A DNA stretch of 63,233 nucleotides, filler included, from Reticulomyxa filosa (lineage: Eukaryota; Protista; Foraminifera): assembly GCA_000512085.1 (NCBI GenBank). It is 18 parts of 18 records of this genome, joined end to end, with 100 filler letters (N's around TTAATTAATTAA, not from the genome) between each part and the next. Parts side by side here need not be neighbours in the genome. Positions count along the whole stretch, not along the records: positions 50,891 to 52,968 come from ASPP01017987.1; positions 53,069 to 55,318 come from ASPP01011253.1; positions 55,419 to 56,780 come from ASPP01027287.1; positions 56,881 to 59,145 come from ASPP01039463.1; positions 59,246 to 62,075 come from ASPP01022920.1; positions 62,176 to 63,233 come from ASPP01028769.1; 12 more parts are not named here. One strand, given 5' to 3'. The position numbers and the translations under genes were made by a program. Numbering within the stretch: position 1 is the stretch's first letter; each line of letters begins with the position of its first letter. Below, one piece after another: positions 52,579-63,233 of this stretch. The notes beneath the pieces are model-generated. The model did no database searches. It saw nothing but the letters and a program-made list of their open reading frames with translations, and was not told the origin of the DNA.

Positions 52579-53116
52579 CTCAAATGCCTGCAAATTTCGA
52601 TATAAACTGCAGAATAATAACTGTTTCTTTTGATCAGGACATGAGATTTCCGCCCACACTACTAAACAAACTATTGAATGTATCAGTCATGTTATTAAAT
52701 GATCGACGGTCATTGTAAAAGATTAGCAAGATCTCGAAAGCAAAATCGTAGCATCTATATATTTCGAAAGATTCGAAAGACACGAAGATATCGGGAACAA
52801 AATCAGAAGAATTTTATAGTAGTTGAATTTTTGAAATTTGTAATTAGTTTGTGTCTTAAAAAAAAAAAAAAAATTCTATATCAGATCATCGTGACGATCT
52901 GACACGTTCTAAGTGTAAGACTCGTTGGAACAGGTGTAAAACTTCAAGATACTTAAGTATCTCTAAAANNNNNNNNNNNNNNNNNNNNNNNNNNNNNNNN
53001 NNNNNNNNNNNNTTAATTAATTAANNNNNNNNNNNNNNNNNNNNNNNNNNNNNNNNNNNNNNNNNNNNATATATATATATACATATATATATATATACAT
53101 ATATGTATATGTATAG

Positions 53117-53580
53117 CTCTCCTCTCGCAGTGCCAAAGATGCAACAGATGCGGAAGACAGATTGATTGCATTGTATAACAAGTTCATGGACAACGAGTTC
53201 AAGCAAAAAGGGAAGGAACCTTCGGACAATGACAAAGTAGTCACTTTATTGAGGGCGAGCACGCTGTGCATGAATTTGGATAATGCGACGGATATACTGA
53301 CTATGTTTGTTCATAGTGACCGCATCTTCTCGGACTTGGGGAGGGCAATGGCCTATCCTGACACCTTCGAAGCCACGCAACACGTGGTCTTGCGAAAGTG
53401 GATTCCCATCGATATCGATATGGAGTTCCGAGGCTTTGTTTACCAGAATAAATTCAATGCGTTGTCACAATACAATTACATCGTGTACTTTGAACGACTC
53501 AAGTCTTTGAAAGATGATATTGGTATCAAACAAACAAAAAAAATTTCTTTTTTAAAATATATGTATGTATATATACATAT

Positions 53581-53611
<31 letters not shown>

Positions 53612-53892
53612 GCAAAAAAATTTTCGAGTATTGGAATCTAAATTGCAAAGAACGCCTACAAGCGTATGGAAATTATATCATCGATTTTGCGCTTTGTGGT
53701 GAAAAACTTGATCACATTTATGTTATTGAATTAAACCCTTGGAAAGAGTCCACTGATGGCGCGCTCTTCTCTTGGAAAAATGAACTGCAATTGCTTGAAA
53801 ATGGCCCCTTTACTATTAGGGTCGTCGAAACTGTATCCGACAAGCGTCCCAAAATCGAAAGCAAGTACCAACAATTGCTGGGTTGGAAATGA
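53117..53892 (+). CDS. CDC123/D123 (R2K clade) ATP-grasp protein, 5'-truncated
   Basis: LSSRSAKDA, VLRKWIPIDIDMEFRGFV...ALSQYNY, intron 53523-53611, then NYIIDFA...VIELNPW..STDGALFSW. Confidence 0.85.
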
Positions 53893-54320
53893 GAACTATT
53901 GATGATTGTAATATTTGGTCTTTTTGCTTTGTTTGGTATAACTTTGACACCAACTTTTGTAATCATTTCTTTGTTATATTTGCAAATAAACCCATCGAAA
54001 TCTGCTAATTTGGTATATAATGCATGTAGCACACGCACACCAAAAAAAAATCTTGCTTCATGCACAATAAAGCCCTTTTTTTTTTTTTGCAATTACTATA
54101 CGTATTTTTTTTTGTGTGTCCAAATAAATAAGCAAAAAAAAAAAAACAGTAGTGTTAGACTCTTTTTTTTGACTGTGTCAAACATAAATCCCTAGAATAA
54201 AGACACTAAGTTTATGTAGTATTTCTTGGACAAAGGATGGATGAAACAAACAAAAGGGCCCAAAAAAAAGAACAAATAGTTTTATGGAAGAGAAAGTTCA
54301 CATAGCCCAAAGGTCGAAAG

Positions 54321-55170
54321 ATGAGATTTTCATCTCATAGTTCTACTGAACAAAGCGAGCCCCAACAAGATAGCCGAGAGTCGGTTTTGATGAGCCAGCC
54401 GGAAACCTTAACAACCTGGCTTATGGCGTGGTGGACAGACTGCCAGCGCGTGAACAGAACATCGAAACTGTACGTGGCTGTTGTATTAGTCCATGTGTTA
54501 TTATTATTTACACTGGGCGTATACAATCTGGTCAAGCACTCATTGCCCATCACATTTGCACTGCTGGCATTTTTTATTGCAATCTGTTTCTTAAGTTTCA
54601 GCGTGCAAGGCGTCGTGACAGAAAATTATGTCCAGCTGCGATGCGCAATCATATCCGCGATGTTTATCTCTGGCTACTTGATTTGGTATTATTCTGAGAA
54701 CACAGACGATCTCTCTGACATCACATTATCTCTTGTCGCTCTCAGTACTTTCATTTCTTTGATTTATATCCCTTTGGTATGACTTTTTTTTAATTTTTTT
54801 TTTTTTTTTTTGTGATTCAAAAAGTAGGGAAAAAAAAAAGGGGGAGAAAAAAAAGTTACAAAATTGATGATATATCCCTCCTCATAGTTTGATAGTAATA
54901 AAAACTGCTCAATGTAACATACAAAATATTGAAGTATTATTTCGTGGAACGATCGTTTGGTTCGTATCGCTATCACACCTTACAACGGCCGGACACAAAT
55001 ATGATGGGATACTACTTGCAATACCAATCCTACAACTCGTTTTTGCAACTGGACAGTGAATTGGTGTTCATCTTCATTTTTGTTTTGGTTGTTCCGGAAC
55101 ATTCTAGGCCCAACATCACCGGGAACATTGGATGGCTAATTATACAATTGGTCTGGGCGTTGTTAGGTAA
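54321..55170 (+). CDS. Hypothetical multi-pass membrane protein (multi-exon, partial)
   Basis: Four hydrophobic segments in the 153-aa exon and further hydrophobic segments in the next exon. Confidence 0.65.
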
Positions 55171-55761
55171 GGATTGAAGAAATTGGAGGGGAGGGAGAGG
55201 AAGGGAAAGAAAAGGGGCCCCAGCAATGTTGACTTATATATGTACATATATGCATATATAGGTATACGTAATATTGTATACACATATAAATATAAATATA
55301 AAATATAAAAATATAAAANNNNNNNNNNNNNNNNNNNNNNNNNNNNNNNNNNNNNNNNNNNNTTAATTAATTAANNNNNNNNNNNNNNNNNNNNNNNNNN
55401 NNNNNNNNNNNNNNNNNNAGAACGTGCAATAAACAAAATGATCGTATTTTTTTATTTCATTAGTTGAAGCACCACATGAGAACATGAACTTATTGAATGG
55501 AAAGTGTTTTGTTTGTTGAATCTATTAGTTTTTTGCTTCAGTTAGCATAATATATTATACTCGTTTGTGTGTGAAATTTGTATGTTATTTATTTAAGTCA
55601 GACATTTGAATACCAAACGTCAATGTTTTTATGAAGAAATACTAACTCCGCCGATTAGTGTGAATGCATATTTTTTGCACAACTTCAAAATTATTCAAAA
55701 GGAACATGAACAAAAAAGCATTTTCAATATTTACTTACTGTATAATTTGATTATATAAATT

Positions 55762-56780
55762 TCATAATCCCCAAATTCGAATCTTACAATCTGTAGAACC
55801 TGACGTAATTATATTATTATTTTGAGAAACATCTACACACATCATAAAATAAGAATACCCTTCAAATCTTTGTATTTCCTTCCCCGATTTTATGTTCCAC
55901 AATTGAACTATATTATCACTTGAACAAGATACAATTGTTTGTCTACTTGGAAAATACTTTACATCACAAACACATGTTGAACATCCTTTCAATGTTTTCC
56001 ATTCTCTTCCTGTTTTAATGTTCCATATTCGAATTGTATTATCATTAGAACAGGATACAATAAATTTACCATCTGGAGAAAATTTTGCACGTGTTACACG
56101 ATCAGAATGTCCCTTGAATTGTTTCAGCCGTTTACCAGATTCTACATCCCACAGACTAATTGTCGTATCAATTGATGATGATATAATCATTGTACCATCT
56201 GGTGAAAATTGGGCGCTTAATACATCCTTTGAATGTCCTAATAATTGTTTTATCTCTATTTTAGAATTTACATCCCATAATCGTATTGTACCAGCTTGAA
56301 AACATGACACGATATACTTTCCATCTGGAGAAAAGTCTAAATCCAATATACTATCCAAATCTCTTTCAAATTTCATTATTTCGGTTACTGTATTAATATC
56401 CCACAATCGGATTGTTCCGTCTCTTGAGCAAGAAGCAATAGTATTTCCATCTGGTGAAAATCTTGCAGCAAAGCCCGATCAGTATGCCCTCTAAAAATTT
56501 GAAGTTGTTTTCCCGACGCAACATCCCATATTCGAACAGTGTGATCATCTGATGCCGAAACAATCTTGCGACCATCTGCAGAAAATCTTACACTGTTCAC
56601 TGTACTGTCGTGTGCTTGTAGAACCATTAACAATTGGAAATCTCTTATCTATTTAAAATATGATGTATATAATAACAACCATTTATATTTTGCAAAAAAA
56701 AAAAAACATTACTTAACATGTTTCAAAATAATTTTGTTAAAATCATCAATCCATCCTAATTTTATTTTTAAAATTCGAAT
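55762..56780 (-). pseudogene. WD40-repeat protein with a frameshift near 56460-56470 (pseudogene or sequencing error)
   Basis: About 7 repeats of GH...V....FSPDG..IVS.S.D.TIR.WD; the frame changes between the ORFs at 56385-56633 and 55762-56406. Confidence 0.85.
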
Positions 56781-59245
56781 NNNNNNNNNNNNNNNNNNNN
56801 NNNNNNNNNNNNNNNNNNNNNNNNTTAATTAATTAANNNNNNNNNNNNNNNNNNNNNNNNNNNNNNNNNNNNNNNNNNNNTTATTATTATTATTATTTGT
56901 AATTAATTTGTTTTTGTTGTTGTGATCAAGATTCGATTCATAAGATGTAAATGCAAAAAATGGAAACATAGGCGAAACGGTGTTGTTTGATGTATTTCAA
57001 GCGCAACCATGTTACATAACAAACAAAGAAATCAACAATTACATGCAAAAACAAGCGCCTTCAGAGGATGTAGTGCCACTGATCTACAATACAAGTATCT
57101 GATTACGTTTCCCTAGAAGGGACGACTTATCATTGATAGAATATGAAACATATATCGACAGAATGAATCCAAACACCGCCACATAAGAAACACTCATCTC
57201 ATGATGACTGATCAGTTATAACTGGCATTGCAAACTATTTGTAATATCTCTCATAACATGCTTATGAAGATATTTATAGCAACAAGTTAAATACGTTCTC
57301 AAAAATACAGCATTGTTTTATTTTCATTTATTTATTAATTTTTTTGTCATTACAACGTATACACATTTGTTTTGCTTAGGAATGATCAAGATGTGAAAGA
57401 GACCAGTACAATATACACAAAGACAAAGAATATTCATTATTATTTGCGTTGGACAGAAAAACGTTGTCAAATTGGATAATCGCTATTTGAACACACACAA
57501 GTCTCATTTCAAAGTTCGAGTATGTACACTGATCCATGTGATACACTACCATGTTTTTGATCACATTTGACGTGATCCCGAAAAACGTATAAAAAAGAAT
57601 GATCCAGATGGACGGCACCAGGACAATACGAACGTCTCTGTTACTCTATTTCCTCACAGTGTTCACATCATTGCAATACGCCAATAATTCGTTACAGCTT
57701 GAATCAACCAAGTTCGCTTCTCACTAACAACGTGTCCCAATTACATTACCAACAAATATTGATGATGATGGGACTGATGAATTGCTCATTGAATTAAGCC
57801 AATATCGGTCAGTGGTGCATAATATATTTTTTTTATATATTTTTTCATTGTAATCATACACCACACTAAAATCTGTTAACATCGATAATGTATTGCAAAG
57901 GGGGGGAAAAACAAAAAAAAAGGTTTGTAAAAAAATCAAGCAATAACGTGATGGCTTCCGAATAATAGAACAAGTGCTGATTCTAATCTCAAGCATCCCG
58001 AAAACAAGAAAATATATATCATGTGGCACCAAGAAGAAAAGAAATCGGTTTCAAGACAGGATTTTCTTAACGAAAAAAAAATTGGTTCCTCATTCACTCC
58101 TTAATACCGCTATGGAGTTGGGATACTTTGATCTTGCTCAACTCAAACAAAAATTATTCGCGTGGAAGATGAGAAAAACAAAAACACAATTAACATTTGA
58201 AACATATTGTCAACCTTTATCATCCTGTTTGCTCAATTTTTTCAAGATTAGAAAATTTTGAAATCGATATGGTGAAATATATCAATCATCATCGCAGCGC
58301 ATGTATTAAAGCGTTTGAAAAAGTCGATGAGCTGCTCCAAAATGAACCAACGGGCATTGGAAGAAGCAATAGAGACAACATTTTGGACGTACTCCGAATA
58401 CGAGAATAGAGCCATTGAAGGCAATGCAGCCCCGGTGAATAACAACAATCCTATAATCGAAGAACTTGACTCTAATGTCGAAAATCAGACTCCAAATATT
58501 CCCGAATATGATGTGTCATTTGACTCCAGAAATAAAAAGAAGTTTAAAATTACTATTTACTTATCATTGGAACAGAATGCCGATCTTTTGGCTAAATTAT
58601 GTGGATGTTGATACGGACAACATCAAGTTCATTTTTGCAAAAAACAAAAAGCACTGATGTTGAGATTAGAATTAAATGAAAGACTTTTTCAAAAGGTGAC
58701 AAATGGTTACTATATCAACAATGCCCATTTATTTAAAATACAAAAAAGAAAAAGATAATATTCGGAACTTATATGAATAATTTCAATTTGCATTTTAAAA
58801 GAAAATTAACTTAGCATTTTATTAAAGAAAAAATTATTTGTGGATATATTTTACAATTAATAAAATGTAACAAGCCTGAACTATTTTGTTGATTGTTGTT
58901 TTGTTTATGCTTAATCTTAATCGAACTTTCAATACTAATGTAAAATTGAAATCCAACAAAAATTCATTTTTATTTGTATCAAACAAATTTTATTCGATTT
59001 TTTTAAAAAAATCAAAATATCATACAGTCTCCAACAAACAACAAGAAATATTTCATATTATCATACTTTGACAATAAAAAACTAAAAATAATTTTTTCAA
59101 TAAAGTGTGATTCACATAATATGATAATATTATATGTTTATTTCANNNNNNNNNNNNNNNNNNNNNNNNNNNNNNNNNNNNNNNNNNNNTTAATTAATTA
59201 ANNNNNNNNNNNNNNNNNNNNNNNNNNNNNNNNNNNNNNNNNNNN

Positions 59246-60284
59246 CAGATTTGCCATTGGACAAATGGTGGAAAAGGTACTTTGTGATAGCACATAATTT
59301 GGGGATATTTAAGTTGTTAAAATGGAGTGCAATTGGCTATTTTGTATATCGTTACAAAGACTATTGCTTTCCATTGATGAAATGGGCCTTTGTGGCGGGT
59401 TGCAGTAGTTGTTTTATTGTGTTTTGGTTTCGTTTTGGGATATATCGAGCACTTGGTCCCCTTTATTATGAGCGGTACGGTGGGAACTTTCTTCGCACTC
59501 GTTTCGAGCAAATATTTAAAGACTTTAGTCATTTATCAACGCCGTCACTCATTGCGTTGATTTGTAAAACGTTAAGTCTTTAAATGGTCGCACAGCCATT
59601 GGCTTTTGTGTATTGTCTCTCTCTCTCTCCTTCTCCAAAAGACACTGTACAATTATACACGTATTACATTATATGTATATTATATATATATATACATATA
59701 TATAAAGATGGTGGAAATGGGTACTGTTTCAACCCCATCGCCATTGGTTGAAATCCATTCAACAGTTCTTTGTCGGGTTTAAGCCTTTTACTGATGTCAT
59801 TGGAAAAGACTTTCGTCATGGACTATCGGTCCGACCTTTGTTCGTTGAACATGACGGACAGTTTAAAAGTTATTTCAAATGGTTTGTTCACAAACACGAT
59901 GATCACAGACTTTTTGGAGTTTTTTCTTTGGAATGTGAAGGCAATTTGCATAGTAGAACAGGTTAGTCATTTCAATATTTTTTGTGCTTTTTTTTTATAA
60001 AAGAAAGAGTGATCTTTTGTTTGTTGTCTATTCAATCAGTGACAATCATGGTGACTCGATTAATAGTTGATCCATTTTTCGGGGGACAGGTGCTTAAATT
60101 TGATCCAATCAAGTTAGTTATTGATGACGATTGGAACGCAATTTTGTTACCTGGAAGTCAAGACAGTGATGACTCTTTATATAACAGACTGTCTTTTCGA
60201 CCTAAAACTCCTGCAGAGCGCCTGAAATTGAAAAATAAAAAACCTGGCAAAATTGAGGAATCAGATTACACGCCCAAAACATAA
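59246..60284 (+). CDS. Hypothetical membrane protein, 3 exons (5'-truncated)
   Basis: ORFs at 59251, 59748 and 59982 separated by GT-AG introns (~59571-59708, ~59962-60039); hydrophobic N-terminal segments. Confidence 0.55.
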
Positions 60285-60889
60285 AAAAATAATTTACTAT
60301 TTTTGCACATCACATTGCAGTGAGTTTTTAATGCACATTTCTTTACTATTTATGCAATGTCCTTTGTTGACAGCAAATAACTTCAATTAAACTTGGAGAT
60401 CGTGTCTTTTTAATTCAATTTGCTGTTGATATATGATATCAATGATTGTGTCGTCATATGTCAATGCAAATTCTATTGAATAGTTTTATTTTTGAGCATT
60501 AAAATTATTAAATAAAATAAAAGCAATCGTTATCTTGAGGAAAAAAAATATTCTCCACTGAACCCGATATAAGCTTTGTATTTAATTTTTAGTGAACAAG
60601 CTTTGACTATAGAAGAATTTGCTTTTGCGTAGATTTTTTGAATCCATTTGTTTACACAAAAAAAAAAACAACAACAAGCAAAAACAATAATGCAACTACA
60701 TTTCTTTTTTAATTACCTTTTAAAAAATGGAAAAAAAAAAGTGAACGCATTTTGTGATATCTTGTTAAGTTGTTATAACAATAATGTTTTTCTACATCCC
60801 ACAAAATTGTGAAATCTACACCCCAAGAAATTTAAAAAGGACAAGTATAGCAATATTTCCACGAAAAAAGATAGGAGAAAAAAAAGCTG

Positions 60890-61757
60890 TTAGTCATAAG
60901 CATCACTAGGGATAATATCACCTTCTCCTGCCCTTTTGATATTTTTTCCGTAACGAATTTTTTTGGTGGAGTGCCGTCGCAAAACTTTTTTTTCATCCAT
61001 TGGTTTGTCGGATTGAAAGAAGATAGAGTGTGGTAATTCGCCAACCTCACTATCATCTCTCACCCTCCCAACGTGCACTTTCTTGAGGTTGGCATATTGA
61101 AGCTGGTCCAAAGACTCACTATCACTGCGGACTTCATCGTCGTCGACATCGACGTCATTGCCTCCATTTTTAAGCGTCTTTTTTTTGTACACGACCGTGT
61201 CTTTGTCCTGAGTTGTCGTTTCTGTCATCGTCGTTGTTGTTACTATCTCATTTAAAATGTCGTCGCTCAGAACCAGTTTTTCCGATTGCACACGGCGATG
61301 CGATTTCGACACGGGGGAGGTCGGCGTCATTGATGTGGAGCTCGTCGCAACTGATATTATGGCCGCGGCAGCTGTCGTGGAGTTGTCCGGCGCGTTATTC
61401 ACAGTCGAGCCATTGGACGTGCCAATGTTTATTTTGATATTTGCAACCGTTGCACTTGCTCTCGCATTTGAATTGGAGTCTTTTACTTTTGATTTTACAT
61501 TTGCATTCGCATTTGCATTTGCATTTGCATTTGCATTTGCATTTGCATTGGAATTCAAGTTAGAATCCTTTACAGTTGCACTGCGTTGTGGTGGACGAGG
61601 AGAGCGTCTCGAGGACGTAGGCGTGGGCGTGGAGGGGGCCAAGTTCTGCGTACGTGCATGAGCATGCGGGTGAGCGTGGGATGGATGGGCATTGGAAGGA
61701 CGACCAGAAGAAGAAGAAGAAGAAGAAGGAGGAGGAGGAGGAGGAGGAGAGGGAGTA

Positions 61758-61798
<41 letters not shown>

Positions 61799-61975
61799 TC
61801 CAGAGCCTGTCTGTGTCTGCGCATATGGCAAATGAATGGAAGAAAGCGAAGCAGAAAATACATCGCCAGGGACACGTCGTCTAGACGCTATGGACGAGTT
61901 GTCTTTGCTGGAATGAAGGTCGATCTCCGATCTCAATTGATTGACCTCCGTTTGCAATGTTTCCCTAATGTGTTA
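60890..61975 (-). CDS. C-terminal exon of a low-complexity protein (poly-A/P/S, NA repeats)
   Basis: 355-aa ORF downstream of a poly-A/T intron; (GCT)n, (CCT)n and (AATGCA)n coding microsatellites. Confidence 0.65.
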
Positions 61976-61989
61976 TTATTTCATGCCGA

Positions 61990-62021
<32 letters not shown>

Positions 62022-62027
62022 TTTTAA

Positions 62028-62064
<37 letters not shown>

Positions 62065-63233
62065 TTAATAATACGNNNNNNNNNNNNNNNNNNNNNNNNN
62101 NNNNNNNNNNNNNNNNNNNTTAATTAATTAANNNNNNNNNNNNNNNNNNNNNNNNNNNNNNNNNNNNNNNNNNNNTTGACGCAATCGTCCAAAAATGATC
62201 AAATTTTTTGAAAGACTTTCTTCATCAATTCTGGTCCAGTCATAAAAAAAGATTTTTTGGCAATTTTCTTAAAATTGCTTACGACTAGCTTTACGCCTAG
62301 AATGTATTTTCTTTTCAATTAAGCAATCAAAAAAAAAAGTGTTACCACGAGGCACCCATATTCAATCAAAGCACTTTTTGGGCTTAAAAAAAAAACCGTA
62401 TATTTTTGGACCTGTGCAATACAAAAACGGTCAAAAGTTTTAACTATCAAATCAAAAAAATAATGTTACACGGAAACAGTACGTAAGTACAACTTTTGCC
62501 AAGAGTGGGAAAACACTACGTATGCAAATGAAGAAAAAACAAAGATTATGTGAACAAGCACAAAAGAAAGGAGCTAGTGCTTGAAAGGTTCTCAAAAAAA
62601 GTTATTCCAAGTAAAAGCAAGATCACTCCAAAACAACTTCGGACGCTGAGTCAAGAGATTACTTTCCATCAAATTAAATTTTTTTTTTGAACCATTAATC
62701 GTCATTTGCATTGTGCGGCTTGATAATGTCCAAAAACTTGACGAAATTTGCAGATACGGACTTCTTTGGATTTTAAAAAACATTGTTTTCGTGAGTAGTA
62801 TACCCGAAAATCACTTTGATGTGGCATACTCTGCAGCATAGAAATACAAAACTTGCTTGACAATCTCTCGTCTCCTACACACACATACTAGTCGTTGGAT
62901 ATAGCAATTTTTCGTTTTCAAAGTATGTGTATATTTGGCAGCTGACTTTATCATTGTCCAACATAACCTACTTGAAGAAAACATAATGGAAATGCAAAGA
63001 AAGATTGTAGTTTTTTGAATTTCCGAGTGGATTATACATTACGTGATATAGCATACTTTATTAAAAAAAAAAGTATAGTCTGACAATGAAGATCATCGGC
63101 TAAAAACGACAAACTGACAACTGATTGTAAAATTTTTGCAGTTGTTGGAACTTGTTAGAGCAGCCGAAAAAAACAAAGAAGAGATTTGTGGCAACGACAG
63201 ACAACATATCATGCTCATAACAATATGAAAATT

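Noticed and set aside
56881-59145. Genes among the short ORFs of this contig
   Set aside because: They are fragmentary with no recognisable motif; probably decayed repeat DNA.
14679-60284. A functional gene cluster linking aepY, sulfotransferase, ATP-grasp and other genes
   Set aside because: These genes lie on separate contigs joined artificially, so adjacency carries no information.
2691-62175. Regularly recurring TTAATTAATTAA palindromic motif as a repeat array or biological site
   Set aside because: It is always centred in fixed-length N runs, so it is an artificial contig linker.
62176-63233. Transposase remnant (SPYL resembling SPDL)
   Set aside because: A single weak motif with no supporting context.

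Overview
This window is not a contiguous locus. It is 18 short eukaryotic contigs joined by 17 artificial 100-nt spacers (N44-TTAATTAATTAA-N44, stops in all six frames), so gene neighbourhood across spacers is meaningless. The DNA is AT-rich. Genes carry short GT-AG introns that often contain poly-A/T or (TA)n(CA) microsatellites. There are many decayed repeats and a WD40 gene of a heavily expanded type. This pattern resembles the foraminiferan Reticulomyxa filosa, which is an inference from style and was not searched. Recognisable genes: phosphonopyruvate decarboxylase (intron-containing), ribosomal protein eL33/L35a with an N-terminal extension, casein kinase 1, exocyst Sec15/EXOC6, a PAQR/HlyIII protein, a Golgi-type sulfotransferase, a CDC123/R2K-like ATP-grasp protein, a WD40 protein (frameshifted), an ENTH-like protein, an RCC1-repeat protein, a PH-domain fragment and a small HIRAN-like protein. 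Mobile DNA: a decayed non-LTR-like retroelement present as two diverged copies, and a decayed Tc1/mariner-like remnant inside an apparently perfect 262-bp inverted repeat. The best leads are host-encoded phosphonate biosynthesis, introns whose 3' splice sites are preceded by poly-A rather than polypyrimidine tracts, the HIRAN-like and DENN-like/ENTH proteins, and the R2K-type ligase. I cannot demonstrate a complete new multi-gene system.
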